Shown piece by piece: positions 50,676 through 63,639 of a stretch of 64,000 bases of DNA; position 1 is the first letter of the stretch; every line of letters begins with the position of its first letter. The position numbers were made by a program, and so were the translations under genes. The notes beneath the pieces were generated by a model that saw nothing but the letters and a program-made list of their open reading frames with translations, made no database searches and was not told the origin of the DNA. Source of the stretch: the human T2T-CHM13v2.0 reference genome, Homo sapiens; NCBI RefSeq assembly GCF_009914755.1, contig NC_060930.1. One strand, 5' to 3'.

Positions 50676-52149
50676 GAACTCTAGGGAAAAGGTACACTCT
50701 AGGGTGGCAGAGAGTCTCATTAGAGCATTTTCTTGAGCACAGCCACACAGCAATGAGGGTCCCATGCACTGTCCTCTGCAGAGCAGAGCTTTGGGGAATC
50801 CTACAGGCATCTACAGTAAGGAACAGCAGGAAGAAACTAAACTCTGCAGTCCTCCAGTTCACTCTGTATTCAGCCCACAGAGAATTCACCTCTCATTGAG
50901 AATCTCCTCTCATCAAGGTTATCAGTCCAGCAGTCGATAGCACCGAACCTTTTTATCAGCCCCACTTGGTAATTATAAAATATTTGCAATTATACAATAT
51001 GCTAATTCTTAGACGACTACAAACAGCTTAATCAATTGAGTGCATTTTATTATTTCTAGTCTAAACATTATGGACTCACATGAAGTCTCTGAGATCAGTA
51101 AATTATTCTAGATTGTTAAACTGCTGCCAAATCAATCAGAAATTTTATTTGAATGTATTAGGCTTGCTACATTATTTAGCCAGCAAAATTGAGAAAAAAC
51201 AACAGAAACAAAGAGGCATCCTGGAGTCACACTGTGAAGCTTGATCAGTTCCCATGAATTACAAGAGGGAGAGCCATAGAAATTCAGGAGAAACAGGATT
51301 CACCTGAAACCTCTATTGTCAAGTTGAAACTAATGTCAAGCTAGGTGCTTGAGGCAAGTGTACTTCTTAAAACCACGATTTCCCCTGCCATGATGTGTCT
51401 GTGTGTGTGTGCGTGCGTGCAGGTGTGTGGCAGTTGACTAACATCTATGTTGTATTGTATACGTGTGTATGTGTATACGTGGTGTATGTATCTCCAGCTG
51501 TGCTACAGAAAAATAAATATATATATATTTTTTAATGCCCAGAAGGACCAACCACATTTGAACATCCCCAAACAGAGCAAGAGATAAAGTGCTCTGCCAG
51601 TATTTATGTCTAAATATATTCAACAAGAACCATATATTCCCAAACATAAGGCAAGGGTTTTATCCACCCCAAAATGTATCCCTCCCATGTAGTCAAATTT
51701 TTACAAGTTTTTATACCACTGAGTATTACTTCATTGATTTGATTTTTTAACAACTGAGTACTCTTTGGAGAAAACATGTTACCATAAAACCTCCTCAAAT
51801 AATGCTAGTTTCGGATGCTGAGGGAGATTGCCTGATTAAACAGGTTTAAAACATTAAAAGAAGATAAGCTTAGTGGAGATTTAGCCATTATACTTGGAAG
51901 TATAATCTCAAAGTTTCTAGGGCTAGATATTGTTTTAATAAGACAAACTCCCTTTTTAAAACAATATACTCAGTGGTTATGTTGTTTGGATCATGAACAT
52001 GTTCTTGTAGCATGAGTGGAAATGTTTCCTAATGTTCAAATGAAGGTGTTTGTAACCTGAGATACAACTTCTAATGTCAGCATCATACCTAGATTCAGAG
52101 TATGCTTTATTTTAAAAACTGCACTTTGAAGGGAAGATGACATGCCCTG

Positions 52150-52280
52150 GAGCAATGCTTCTCAAACTTGAATGTGCATACTCATCTTCTGGGAATCTTG
52201 ATAAAAACGGAGATCTCGACTGGGGGCTAGGAGTTTTCATGCCAATGCTGCTGGTCTCAAGACCTCAGTGTAAATAGTAG
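52150..52280. mobile_element. MER5A
   Basis: AGCAATGCTTCTCAAACTTGAATGTGCATAC...GGGAATCTTGATAAAA...ATGCTGCTGGTC. Confidence 0.7.
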
Positions 52281-52796
52281 AACACGGTGAGGTGACTCAA
52301 AATCATTTAATGAAGATGAAGACATTGATCAATGGTGTCAAACATGCAGGTGAAGAGCTGGGGTAAATATTTGCCCATAAAGTGGAACTAGAAAGAAGCC
52401 ACGCACACATACATAACCTAATGTGCAAATTTTAAATACGCAAGTGTGATTAACTGCATAAACAATTTTAGAAAACATTTGACCATTCCACCTGTGTTTC
52501 GAAAGGTTTACATAAAGTTCCCAAACATATTTTTGTTTGGGATACAGACAGGCTGCTTTCTATTCATGGTCATATGTATGGCATTTCTCCTGATAATTTT
52601 TTTGCTCTGTTTAGCAGATTTGAGAGACACAGCCAAATTAGAATTTTTTTTGTAGATCAGTTATTTGAACTGGAAAAACATGGGAATGTGTAGATTTCTT
52701 TTGGTCAATGATTAAATAGAGTAACATGCTGAATCGACTCATCTCTGCCACATGATGAAAAAAAGTAGTATATGTTTAAAAAAAATAGCATGCCTA

Positions 52797-53100
<304 letters not shown>

Positions 53101-53987
53101 AAAAAATAGCATGCCTATGTAATACAGGGTAGGCCATATTTAAAAAACAATTGTACATAGAAGGAGAAGAGGAGAAAGAAACAATTCCTACTGCTAAACT
53201 GTATAACCTTAGAACCAGAACTCAAATAGGAGACAGGCATGTGTCTCAGAAGAAAAAGCTATGATAACAAAGGCATTTTTTAAGGGTGGCAAATAAATAT
53301 GAAAATAATAGACCAGTTAAAACTAAATAAAAATAAGGTGATGTAAGCATGTTTTTAGTTAAATTCAAAAGTTTTTTTGTTTTAATTATCTCTATTATTT
53401 TACAGCTATAGACACAAAGTTAAGCTGCCCTCAGAAATGTCTTTCCCCATTGGGTCTCTGTTTTGTTGTAAGAAGGTGTTTCCAAGGGCAACTTCTTTAC
53501 GTATTTTCTTAAAAATTTCACAAGGTAGAATAGAATATATTATTGCTTTAGTAATGACCTAAGAACTTAACTCTGCTTCTACATGCAAAAAATAAAATAG
53601 ATGTGTGAATGTAATTGATTACAACTCTTTTTTTCTCAGTTGTTAGCCAGATTGATTGACCTAGCCATAGAAATAAAAATATTAATGTAGCTTTATAATA
53701 CTGTATTTTGCTTCAGCAATGAAACCACTACTCTGCTGCAAAAAGGATCAATAGCCTTATAATACTTGTTTTAATACTCACAAAATTATTTATATAAAAA
53801 TTTTAAGTGTCTAGCTTGTTTAAATTGGAATAGAAGCCAAGAGCTGCCTAAAATTGAATATACCTGTACTGCCTGAAAAAAAAAAAGCAGACTAACAAAA
53901 AACCAATTAGACTTGGTGAACACAGGGAATACAGAAATGAATGTTAATGTCATAAATATTGTCTGTCTTTTTAAACATAGTGATAGT

Positions 53988-54325
<338 letters not shown>

Positions 54326-54671
54326 TTATAAAAGAAACTACTATTAATATACTAATATCTAAAAAGATATCAACAGATAATTATTAGAAGAAAAAACACA
54401 AATAACTAATAAATGTGAAAACATTTATTTTCACTGTTAATGAGGAGTAACATTAAAAACAAAAATGAAATAGTTTTTGTAGTTGTGCCCCTTTATATCC
54501 AAATGGTAGAAGTATATTTGGTTTGACTTTTTTAGACTGTTTGACAATCTGTGTGAAGAGTCTTAAGGATGGATGCACCCTTTGGGTTAGTCATGATGCT
54601 TCTAGGAATATATTTTAATAAAGTAGTTAGAAATATAAACAAAATTCGTGAGCAAACATATTCAGCACAGA

Positions 54672-54973
54672 TTTTTTTTTTTTTTTTTGAGATGGAGTCT
54701 CACTCTGTCTCCCAGGCTGGAGTACAATGATGTGATGGCTCACTGCAACCTCCGCCTGCTGGGTTAAAGCAATTCTTGTGCCTCAGCCTCCTGAGTAGCT
54801 GTAGTCCTCCTGACTACAGGCACTGGCCACCACATCTAGCTAATTTTTGTATTTTTGAGACAGGGTTTTGCCATGTTGGCCAGGCTGGTCTCGAACTCCA
54901 GATCTCAAGTGATCTTACCCACCTTGGCCTCCCAAAGTGTTGGGATTACAGGCGTGAGCCACCTCGCCTGGCC
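54672..54973 (-). mobile_element. AluS (Sx/Sz-like)
   Basis: Dimer with T-tail and CCATGTTGGCCAGGCTGGTCTCGAACTCC; small internal indels. Confidence 0.92.
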
Positions 54974-55041
54974 AGGATTATTTTTTAATAGTGAAAAATT
55001 GGGAATAACTCAAATGTTCAACAATAAGTTAAGTTATGGTA

Positions 55042-55381
55042 TGCCACGGCCTGTATGTGTCTTCCCAAAATTTGTATGTTAAAACCCAGGCACCAATATG
55101 ATAGTATGAGGAGGTGGGGCCTTTGGGAGGTCACTTGATAATGGATGGAATTAATGCCTTCATACAAGAGGCCCGACAAAGCCCTTTTGCCCCTTCTGCC
55201 ATGTAAGAACACAGCAGGAAGACCACCGTCTATCTATGAACCAGGCCCTCACCAGACCCCAAATGTACTGTTTCCTTGATCTTGGACTTCCCAGACTCTA
55301 GAACTGTGAGAAATAAATTTCTATTGTTTATGAGCCATCCAGTCTATAATATCCTTTTATAGAAGCCCAGACAGACAGACA
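55042..55381 (+). mobile_element. MLT1A0-like solo LTR
   Basis: GGAGGTGGGGCCTTTGGGAGGT...CTTGGACTTCCCAGACTCTAGAACTGTGAGAAATAAATTTC; perfect 5-bp TSD TGGTA at 55037-55041 and 55382-55386. Confidence 0.9.
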
Positions 55382-56651
55382 TGGTACAACTATAAAATAG
55401 GCTATTTTATATTAATTATACTTTTGAAAAATTTTAATGACATAAGACAGTGACACAAAGAAAACTACATATATAAGTTAAATATTGCATTTATGAGCAT
55501 ATATATTCATAATTACACATTTTATATAGAAAAAAAGCTGGATGGAAGCCCATCAATTTCTTTTCCTTTTAATTTTATTCTACTTTGTATTTTGCCAGTT
55601 CCCCCTCCAAGCCCATTTAAAGGATATTGTACCTTTAGGGTCAGAAGAAAACGCAATAATAAAATTTATTTTAGGTATAGGTTATATAGATTATGGTTTC
55701 CAGAGAAGGTAAAAAAATTTAAGATGCAATCATCATGTGATGGGTCCTAAATTATACCAGTTTGTGCCACACTGTACACTAGTGCACCAACATTTTTCAG
55801 TAATAAGGATTTTTAGATGGGCTTCTCTTATAGTAACTTTCAGAATATCATTAGGAAATATTTCATTTGTTCAGTAGCAGATAATGAATTCAGAGATGAA
55901 ACATTTATATATATACACATTTTTACCTATAGTATTAAAATCACTGATCAATCATCGGGGGAGGCTATAGGAAGAAATTTGTTTTGCATATTTCTTCTCA
56001 TGTTTTTGCATTCTCATCTCACAGAGCGCTTGTAATGCTGTCCATCAGTCACCATTACCTTCAGGTCTGGCTCTATTGCTGATTGCTTTCAAAAGTCCTG
56101 CAGCTGAGAAGAGGCCCTAGAGAAACATTCTAGTCATGTAGGCACCGTAGCTTAAAACCACTTTTAAGAACTTGGCTTCAAATCTAGCTTCCTGGTTTGA
56201 CTTATAACAAGATGCTTGCAATGGCTTGCAGCAAGATGCCATTGCTCTCATGAAAGATGGCAAAAGAACTATTAATGACACTAATTAAGATGTGTGAATA
56301 TCATTTAGATACTCCTCCTTGTTGCTTTCCAAGTACAAGCTATGTTACCTTACACATTAATTGGTAATGACACAATCGCATATCTTTCAACTACAAGGTC
56401 AGTTTTTAAAGCAGGGCTTTTATTATTAATGTGCTTTAAGTTTCAACACCGTCCACGCAGAGATTCCATTAACAAACTTTACTGTGCTCCTCTTTAACCC
56501 CATTACAGCCATATCCCCTCCCACCCATGCTGAATATTATGGTATTGTGGGCTGGAGCATTTCAAATCTTTATCTGGCCTTAAATATAACTGCTAAAGCA
56601 TTGTATATACACGCATAACCTATTTGTTTAATAATTTTTACCTTTTGCATT

Positions 56652-56915
56652 ATTTATTTATTTATTTTTTGAGACGGAGTCTAGCTCTGTCGCCCAGGCT
56701 GGAGTGCAGTGGCAGGATCTCGGCTCACTGCAAGCTCCGCCTCCCGGGTTCACGCCATTCTCTTGCCTCAGCCTCCTGAGTAGCAGGGACTACAGGCGCC
56801 AGTCACCATGCCTGGCTAATTTTTCTGTATTTTTAGTAGAGACGAGGTTTCACCGTGTTAGCCAGGATGGTCTCAATCTCCTGACTTCGTGATCCACCCG
56901 CCTCGGCCTCCCAAG
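56652..56915 (-). mobile_element. AluY, 5'-truncated
   Basis: Y diagnostics; ends at GGCCTCCCAAG; TSD CCTTTTGCATT at 56641-56651 and 56916-56926. Confidence 0.95.
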
Positions 56916-57139
56916 CCTTTTGCATTTTTAAATGTGCCCATTCCCTGGTCCTTTTTGACCAGTCAAACAAAATCCAAATGTTACTTATTTGAAATCTGCT
57001 CTATTCATTTATCCAGCATATCTTCCTAAAGTAAGCTTTATGTCTCTAAAGTAAAAACATAGAAAATAAAAGAATATTAAAGTGTAACTTCTACTAATAT
57101 AATGCCCCACTTATAGATCTTTAAACTTTTAAACAACAT

Positions 57140-57270
57140 GGAATAGTAAAGCTAGAAGAAAATTTTAGCCCCAATAACTTATTTTACAGAAGACAAAAAT
57201 GGAAGCTCAGAAAGTCTAAGTCACTTGACCAAGGTTTCAGCACCAGAAAACAAGTCCTCCTGCTCAGTGT
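57140..57270 (-). mobile_element. MIR fragment
   Basis: ATTTTACAGA...GGAAGCTCAGAAAG...AAGTCACTTGACCAAGGT. Confidence 0.6.
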
Positions 57271-57549
57271 GAGGTATCTGCTTGTAAGCAGGCATCCCTC
57301 TCTGAGATTGAGCAAGGATTAAGAAAAGCCTGTTAAATCACATGCCCCCTTCCTATTTGATTTTAGTAAACATCTACAAATGCCAGTCAGGTAATAGGAA
57401 CCTACATTTATGCAGAACTTGGTAGTAGTCAAATGTTCATTTCTCTCATTCATGACTTCATACAATTTTCACAATGACTTATGAAGTATGTGTTATTCTC
57501 TAATAGCATATCTAAGAAGAGTTTTTGGTTGTGTGATCACATATGAAAG

Positions 57550-59740
57550 ACTACTTGCTTTAGTATAAAACTCTTGAGTATTTTTTCTCCTCTTCCAGAT
57601 CTCTGTAACAATTCTGTCATTGTTATCTGACATTTGAAATTGGTGAAGAGAAGTCTCAGGCCTACCTGATGTGCTCCTTTGGAAGTAATGTTTGTTTTCT
57701 CCTGTATGAGATGCTTTCAGGACATGTTGTTTGTCTTCACATTTAAATATCATCTTCATATGTCTTTATGCAAATCTTTTTTTTTTTTTTTTTACTTTTA
57801 CCTAGGTTCATTGGATCTGAAGATATAGGTTGTGATGATTAATACTGAGTGTCAACTTGATTGGATTGAAGGGTGCAAAGTATTTTTCCTGGGTGTGTCT
57901 GTGAGGGTGTTGCCAAAGGAGATTAACATTTGAGTGAGTGGACTGGGAGAGGCAGACCCACCCTCAATCTGGGTGGGCACCATCTAATCAGCTGCCAGCA
58001 AAGCCAGAATAAAAGCAGGGAGAAGAACGTGGGAAGACAGGACTGGTTTAGTTTTCTGGCCTCCATCTTTCTCCCATGCTAGATGCTTCCTGCCCTTGAA
58101 CATCGGACACCAAGTACTTCAGCTTTAGGGCTCGGACGGGCTTCCTTGCTCCTCAGCTTGCAGATGGCCTATTGTGGACCTCAACTTGTGACAGTGTGAG
58201 TCAATATTCCTTAATCAACTCCCCTTTATATATACATCTATCCTATTAGTTCTTTCCCTCTAGAGAACCCAGACTAATACATAGGTCTTCAATACAAGAA
58301 AGTTATCATTGCTTAAAGTTTATCATTGCTTAGTTAATTTTTGTCTTGTCTCTTCTTTGAGAACATTAGTTATATTCAGGTTAGCTTTTTTCTTCTAAAT
58401 TCCGTATCTTCATCTTTTCTCACTACTTTTTTTTCGGTATTTATCCTTTTCATCTGCATTCCAGGAAAGCTCAATATTATGGTCCATATTAGTGTTTTAA
58501 TTTTCCACAACATCAGTTCGTTCTTTACTGCTCCCAACACTGATTCAAGTTTTATGATTGCTACTCCACCTTGATTCACCCAACTCCTTTTCCTCTCAAC
58601 ACAGTCTCTTTTTATTCCTGTAGTTCCTGATTCATGGAGTTCATAAATGTTTCTATCATATTGAAGACATAGAGCACTTTACTACATTTTAAGAATTCTT
58701 GTGAAGTCATTTCCAAAGATTTTTTTTTCAGGATGATGTACCATTTATTCCACACTGTATCTTTCTCTTGTCTTTATCTCAAATGAGGGAATGCATGTAT
58801 AGTTCTTGTGTTTGTCAATGGTCAGGGTATCTAGATTTTCCTTGTTCCTCCTACTGATGGTGGAGTTGGGGGTTAATAGAATCCTCTGTGTCTCTGATTG
58901 AAACCTAAAGAACACTGATAAGATCAGTGCTTAACCCAATTTTCCTTGTCTAGCTCTGTGTTCCATATTTGCACAGTAAGGATGGGGGTCAAGTGCATAT
59001 ACTATTTGGGAGAGGATATCCTCCTTGAAAAATCATATTTCATGTGATTATAACTAAACTATGCTAACCCTGGCAAAATCAAGGTTAGGTAGAAATACAC
59101 TAAAATTAGGTCAGAATACATTGAAGACGGTATGGACTATAACATGTTGAAAGGCACTGGGATGATAGTCATTGAGCTAAAAACATGGGAAAATTGAACC
59201 ACATTTCAGGTTTCTTTCCACCTACTCTTCTTTATTCATTGTAACTAAGCTTCCCTGGATCTAGATACCACTGCCCATCTTTTTAATTTTTCTCTTATAT
59301 TTAAATGTGCAGTCTAATACATGGCTTCAAAAGGAATTGTTAATTGAGGGGGTTGCAGATAGTATTCAGGTCACCTCAAAATGTAGCATGTGTGCACAGA
59401 AGGACAGCCAATTCTCAGGTTAATACTTCAGATTCAGAATGCTGGTTCAAGAAGCAGGCCATGGGGGAGGAAAGAAGCCCCAGTCTGTCTTCTCAGGGGA
59501 GTGGGTTTGCTCCTTCAAGCAGCAAAATCTGTGAGTGCTTCTGATTATATTTCTCTATTCCTCTCTATAGATCTTGTTGTTGATGGAATTTTCTTCAAAA
59601 TTTTGGCATTTCGTGCAACATCAGTCTTGGTGCTCCATTTTCTTGGAGAATTTTCATCCTTTCTTTATCCTCAAAAGTCTTCTGGAAGGAGTAAGAAGAA
59701 GCTGCCTCAGAAACTGTGAAACACATGCCATGTTAGTTCT
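57550..59740 (-). mobile_element. Highly decayed HAL1/L1M 5'-type fragments, host of MLT2A1
   Basis: TCTGACATTTGAAATTGGTGAAGAGAAGTCT...CCTTTGGAAGTAATGTTTGTTTT resembles the antisense of ORF1; boundaries uncertain. Confidence 0.4.
57831..58281 (+). mobile_element. MLT2A1 (HERV-L) solo LTR
   Basis: TGTGATGATTAATACTGAGTGTCAACTTGATTGGATTGAAGG...CTAGAGAACCCAGACTAATACA, 451 bp; perfect TSD TAGGT at 57826-57830 and 58282-58286. Confidence 0.95.
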
Positions 59741-60559
59741 AATTTTAGTCCCAGATCACTCAATTCAGTTGTGCAGATAAATGAATTGTCACAACTATTT
59801 ACAGAACCAAATTGAGAACAATCCTCTCTTATCCTCACCTTACCATCCCGAATCAAATCTGCCTGGGAACAAATCTGGTATTAGATGTTTCTTCTTTAGT
59901 ATGAAATCATGTCAATATGTTAACTTTCCACATATATCAATCTAAAGCTTATTTCTAATTAAGCAATAGCTACAAATTAAAGGAATTTAAAGCATCACTG
60001 CACAGGCAGCAGAGGTTTTCTTCTAAGCCGAAACCCTGTGGGAATCATAACCCGGATGATATAATAGGCAGCTTGGATTTCCTGCTAGGAAACCCGGCTC
60101 TATCATTTTCATGGACTGGGCCACTTTATCCCCATGTCTGCATTTTAAACTCTCTTTTATTCTGATTGTAGGTAACAAAATAAATATGAAACAAATTCAT
60201 AAACAATATTGGAAAAAGCTGTGCATTTTTCTGAATTTCAACAAAGCACGTGGCCAGATCTCTCAAGTTATTCCAGGGACAGAGTGATCTGGGGTGGGGA
60301 GTTAGGTGGATTTCTTTCCAGACATTCAGCCGTAAGTAATTAGCAGTCAGCCTGGCACTGGGCACCAGGGTCCCTGGGATGATGGCAGAGGAAGGCATGA
60401 TTTTCCAAATTGATGGATCTCATGTCATTGGGAGGAATGAGAAACGAATTGAATGACATTGTCACTGTCATCACATTTTTACAGATGAAATCCAAACAGA
60501 TCATAGTAAACTGCATGAGCATGGTGGAGAAGGGACACTACAACAACATCATTTGGTCA

Positions 60560-60930
60560 AGTAGTTAGGGGTTGATGGGTTGAAGTCTCACCATATGTTG
60601 ACATTGTTATGAGATGGCCAACACAAATGAAAAAATAGGCATGTATAGTGTCTAGGAAAGGAAGATGATAGTCTTCTTTCACTATTCACAGCTCAGATCT
60701 CGGCAGGAAGTTAGGGCTTCACTTGGGTGCCATTTAGAATAGTAAGGAATTAGAACATATCTGGGTGAGGGTAATCAGAATGTAAAACCGTAGAAACTGA
60801 CATGGTGTGGAACAGGGAAAGGTCAATCATACTTGGACAGCCATTTATTAAGGATGTACTGCTCAGACCCATCCTTTGTAGAGAGTTGCGCTAAGTGACC
60901 TCCATGATGTCTGTAAACTCTAAAATTCTA
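60560..60930 (+). mobile_element. CR1/L3 3' relic
   Basis: GAAGATGATAGTC...CTCAGATC...TGGGTGCCATTT...AATTAGAACATATCTGG and the terminus TGACCTCCATGATGTCTGTAAACTCTAAAATTCTA resemble L3. Confidence 0.6.
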
Positions 60931-61033
60931 ACACTTTGGAATTATTGATTTAATAGTTTTTCTTCACTCTCCTATCAAATAGATGGCTTTGAAGAGAAAA
61001 CATAGCAGTAAAAATGTCCAAATAGTATTTCTA

Positions 61034-61298
61034 TTTGGGAGGCTGAGGCGGGCAGATCACATGAGACCAGGAGTCTGAGACCAGCCTTGCCAACATGGCA
61101 AAACCCTGTCTCTACTAAAAATACAAATATTAGCCGGACATGGTGGTGGGTGCCTGTAATCCCAGCTACTCGGGTGGCTGAGGCATGAACATCCTTTGAG
61201 GCCAGGAGGCAGAGGTTGCAGTGAGTCGAGATCAGGCCATGCACTCCAGCCTGGGTGACAGAGCAAGACCCTCTCTCTCAGGAAAAAAAAAAAAAAAA
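61034..61298 (+). mobile_element. AluJ-like, lacking the 5' ~33 nt
   Basis: Starts TTTGGGAGGCTGAGG; AACATGGCAAAACCCTG and GAGCAAGACCCT; A-tail. Confidence 0.88.
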
Positions 61299-61599
61299 GA
61301 ATATGGAACTCAAATTATTTGCCTCAATAGTTCCAACCTGGAGCTTGAACTTACACCTTCTAACTCCCAATCCGTTTATCTTTTCCATTTAGTGATTCTG
61401 GGTTACTAATCTTTTTTAATACTTGGGAGAAGAGAATAACCAGCTTCTACTTCTCCTTAACTATTCTAACTAAAACTGATTTTCAAGGCATCATTTTATA
61501 CAAAATTTCCTTCTGCCAACAAATAATGTATGATTTGCAGAATAAAGTATTACTTGAAGCTAGCCATTGCTTTCTTCACTCTGAAAAACATAGAGCATA

Positions 61600-62095
61600 G
61601 AACTGGCGGCTCTTCACTTTCCCCTTCTCTTTGTTCTTTAGCACTTCTTTTTTTAACCTGTTGTATTCCAACTAACTGTTTTTAGGCCTCTCATCTCCAC
61701 TCTGCCATGAATTCTCAAAGAGGAAGCATCAACACTGATTTCTCTTTGTATTTAGGGTCTAGAACAATTTCTGATATATGGGATTACTCAATAAACGCTA
61801 AATAAATGATCAAATGTAGTATTTACTTATTTATTTAGCAAATACTTATTCAATATTTGATTCCTCTCCCCCATATGCTAAACATAGAGAATCTAAAAAT
61901 AATTAAGAAATACCCACTGTTTATCAAGAACACATCGCCCAGTGGGTAAGACAAGTACTTTAGCAAACAAAGTATCCCAAGTATCAAAATGCAAATTGAG
62001 TAAGGCATTGTGGGGATTAGAAAATAACCATAAAAATCAGAGGCAGGAAATATGCATTCTACCTGGGAATTAAAGCTCTCTTTAGATTAGTGCTA
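61600..62095. mobile_element. Two tail-to-tail L2 3' fragments (plus ~61600-61815, minus ~61820-62095)
   Basis: TCTAGAACAATTTCTGATATATGG...CTCAATAAACGCTAAATAAATGA, then ATTTATTTAGCAAATACTTATT...AAAAATAATTAAGA...CCAGTGGGTAAGACAAG. Confidence 0.5.
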
Positions 62096-62117
62096 ACCCT
62101 GGAATAAGCAGCTAACA

Positions 62118-62289
62118 TTTATTTTATGTTTTATTTATTTATATTTATTTATTTCTATAAATTTATGGGGTACAAGCATAATTTTGTTACTTGCATAGAT
62201 TGTGTAGCAGCATAGTCAGGGCTTTTAAAGTAATGGCCTCCAGATCCATCTATATTGCGGCAAAAGACAGGATTTCATTATTTTTTTAT
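62118..62289 (-). mobile_element. L1PB-like 3' end fragment with internal deletion
   Basis: T-rich tail, ATTTATGGGGTACAAGCATAATTTTGTTAC...GTCAGGGCTTTTA joined to TAATGGCCTCCAGATCCATC...GCAAAAGACAGGATTTCATT. Confidence 0.75.
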
Positions 62290-62718
62290 CACAAACTAAC
62301 ACTATAGCACAAAACTAATAGTTTTGATATCACAGAACTAACATTGTGATTTAAAGGAAACTGACTTTCAGTCTAATCTACGGATTTTTCAACAAATCAC
62401 CAAGATAATAGAATGGCATGTGTTCTGGGTTGTTCTAATATTACCTAGTGTGGGAGGATCTACTAGAGCCACAGCTCTTAGGATGCTAGAAACCAAGTAC
62501 AGGATAATTTAGTGAATATGCTCTAGAAAGTGGTTCTAGATGCCCCCTAAGCAAGAGGTTCATTGACTGTAAACTTTAAGTCCTTCATAAAATATCCAAG
62601 GTGTGACATTTTGCCAACTTCCAGAGCTTCTGGAAAAATATTCTGCCCAAGAAAAATCTGTATTTCTAGTTTTGAATTAAGAACTCAGTTAATGAAAGGG
62701 GAGATGAAGGTACTAAGG

Positions 62719-62830
62719 GTTTCTTTCTTTCTCTTTCCTTCCTTCCTTCCTTCTTTCCTTCCTTCTCTCTCTCTTTCTTTCTTCCTTCTTTCTTTCCTTC
62801 CTTCCTTCCTTCTTGCTTCCTTTCCTTTTT
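62719..62830. repeat. (CCTT/CTTT)n polypyrimidine low-complexity tract
   Basis: Read directly from the sequence. Confidence 0.9.
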
Positions 62831-63639
62831 AAATGACACACACTTGGTAACAAGTGAGCTTCATTCCAGAATAACATGTCAAAACCGAGGTGAAATACTA
62901 TCTATAATAAATGAGGCTTCTCATGGTTATCAGGTAGCACATTTTCTCAGGTAATGAAGTCATTGTGTTTTGCATGGCTTTATTCTTTTAGGCAGAGGAG
63001 AAGGGAAGGAGAGGTTGTTGGTATTTTGTGCCTTCCTTTTTTTTTTTTGATGGGTTTCTTTCCATTCTTCTTGTGCCAATTGTAATGTTTTATGATTATT
63101 CATGACTTAGACAATGGTGCTTTAGGCAGTCAATGGCAATTATGCTTGTTGAGAAGAACATATAATTCAAATTAGACCAATATAGATTTTCCCCCTTTAA
63201 TGTTTAGTTACCCAGTTAGATTTAAACTGAGTATACAACATTTAATAAATGATTTTCACTAAAACCTAACTGACATTTAAAAGTAGTGTGGTTTTTTGTT
63301 GGTGGTAATACAGGAGAGTAAGATAAAATATTAATTCACCTAAAAGGTATATCTTATCAGTTCAAATTAAATCCCTCACATTTATACATTGTGTGATGTA
63401 TTTGTATTTGTGGCCTGAAAATGGTAACTTTGTACATTATCCAGTAAGTATGCAAAAATCAGCCGCATTAGGCATCTAAGTAATTTGTCTTAATGAACAA
63501 TAAATTCATACGTGGTTTAAGTTTGTAAATCTAAGTTTAGCAATATACAGAATGAAATTTTAAATACACATTATTTACTACTCAGAAATTAAAAGCTGAA
63601 ATAAGTAATAACACAAACATCAGATGAAAAACTGTAGAC

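Larger units (their letters stand above)
54340..55560 (+). mobile_element. Old L1ME 3' fragments hosting an Alu and MLT1A
   Basis: TTTGACAATCTGTGTGAAGAGTCTTAA...CTTCTAGGAATATAT; AATAGTGAAAAATTGGGAATAACTCAAATGTTCAACAATA. Confidence 0.55.

Noticed and set aside
58299-58331. 16-17-bp tandem duplication AAAGTT(T)ATCATTGCTT
   Set aside because: An ordinary slippage duplication in a decayed repeat.
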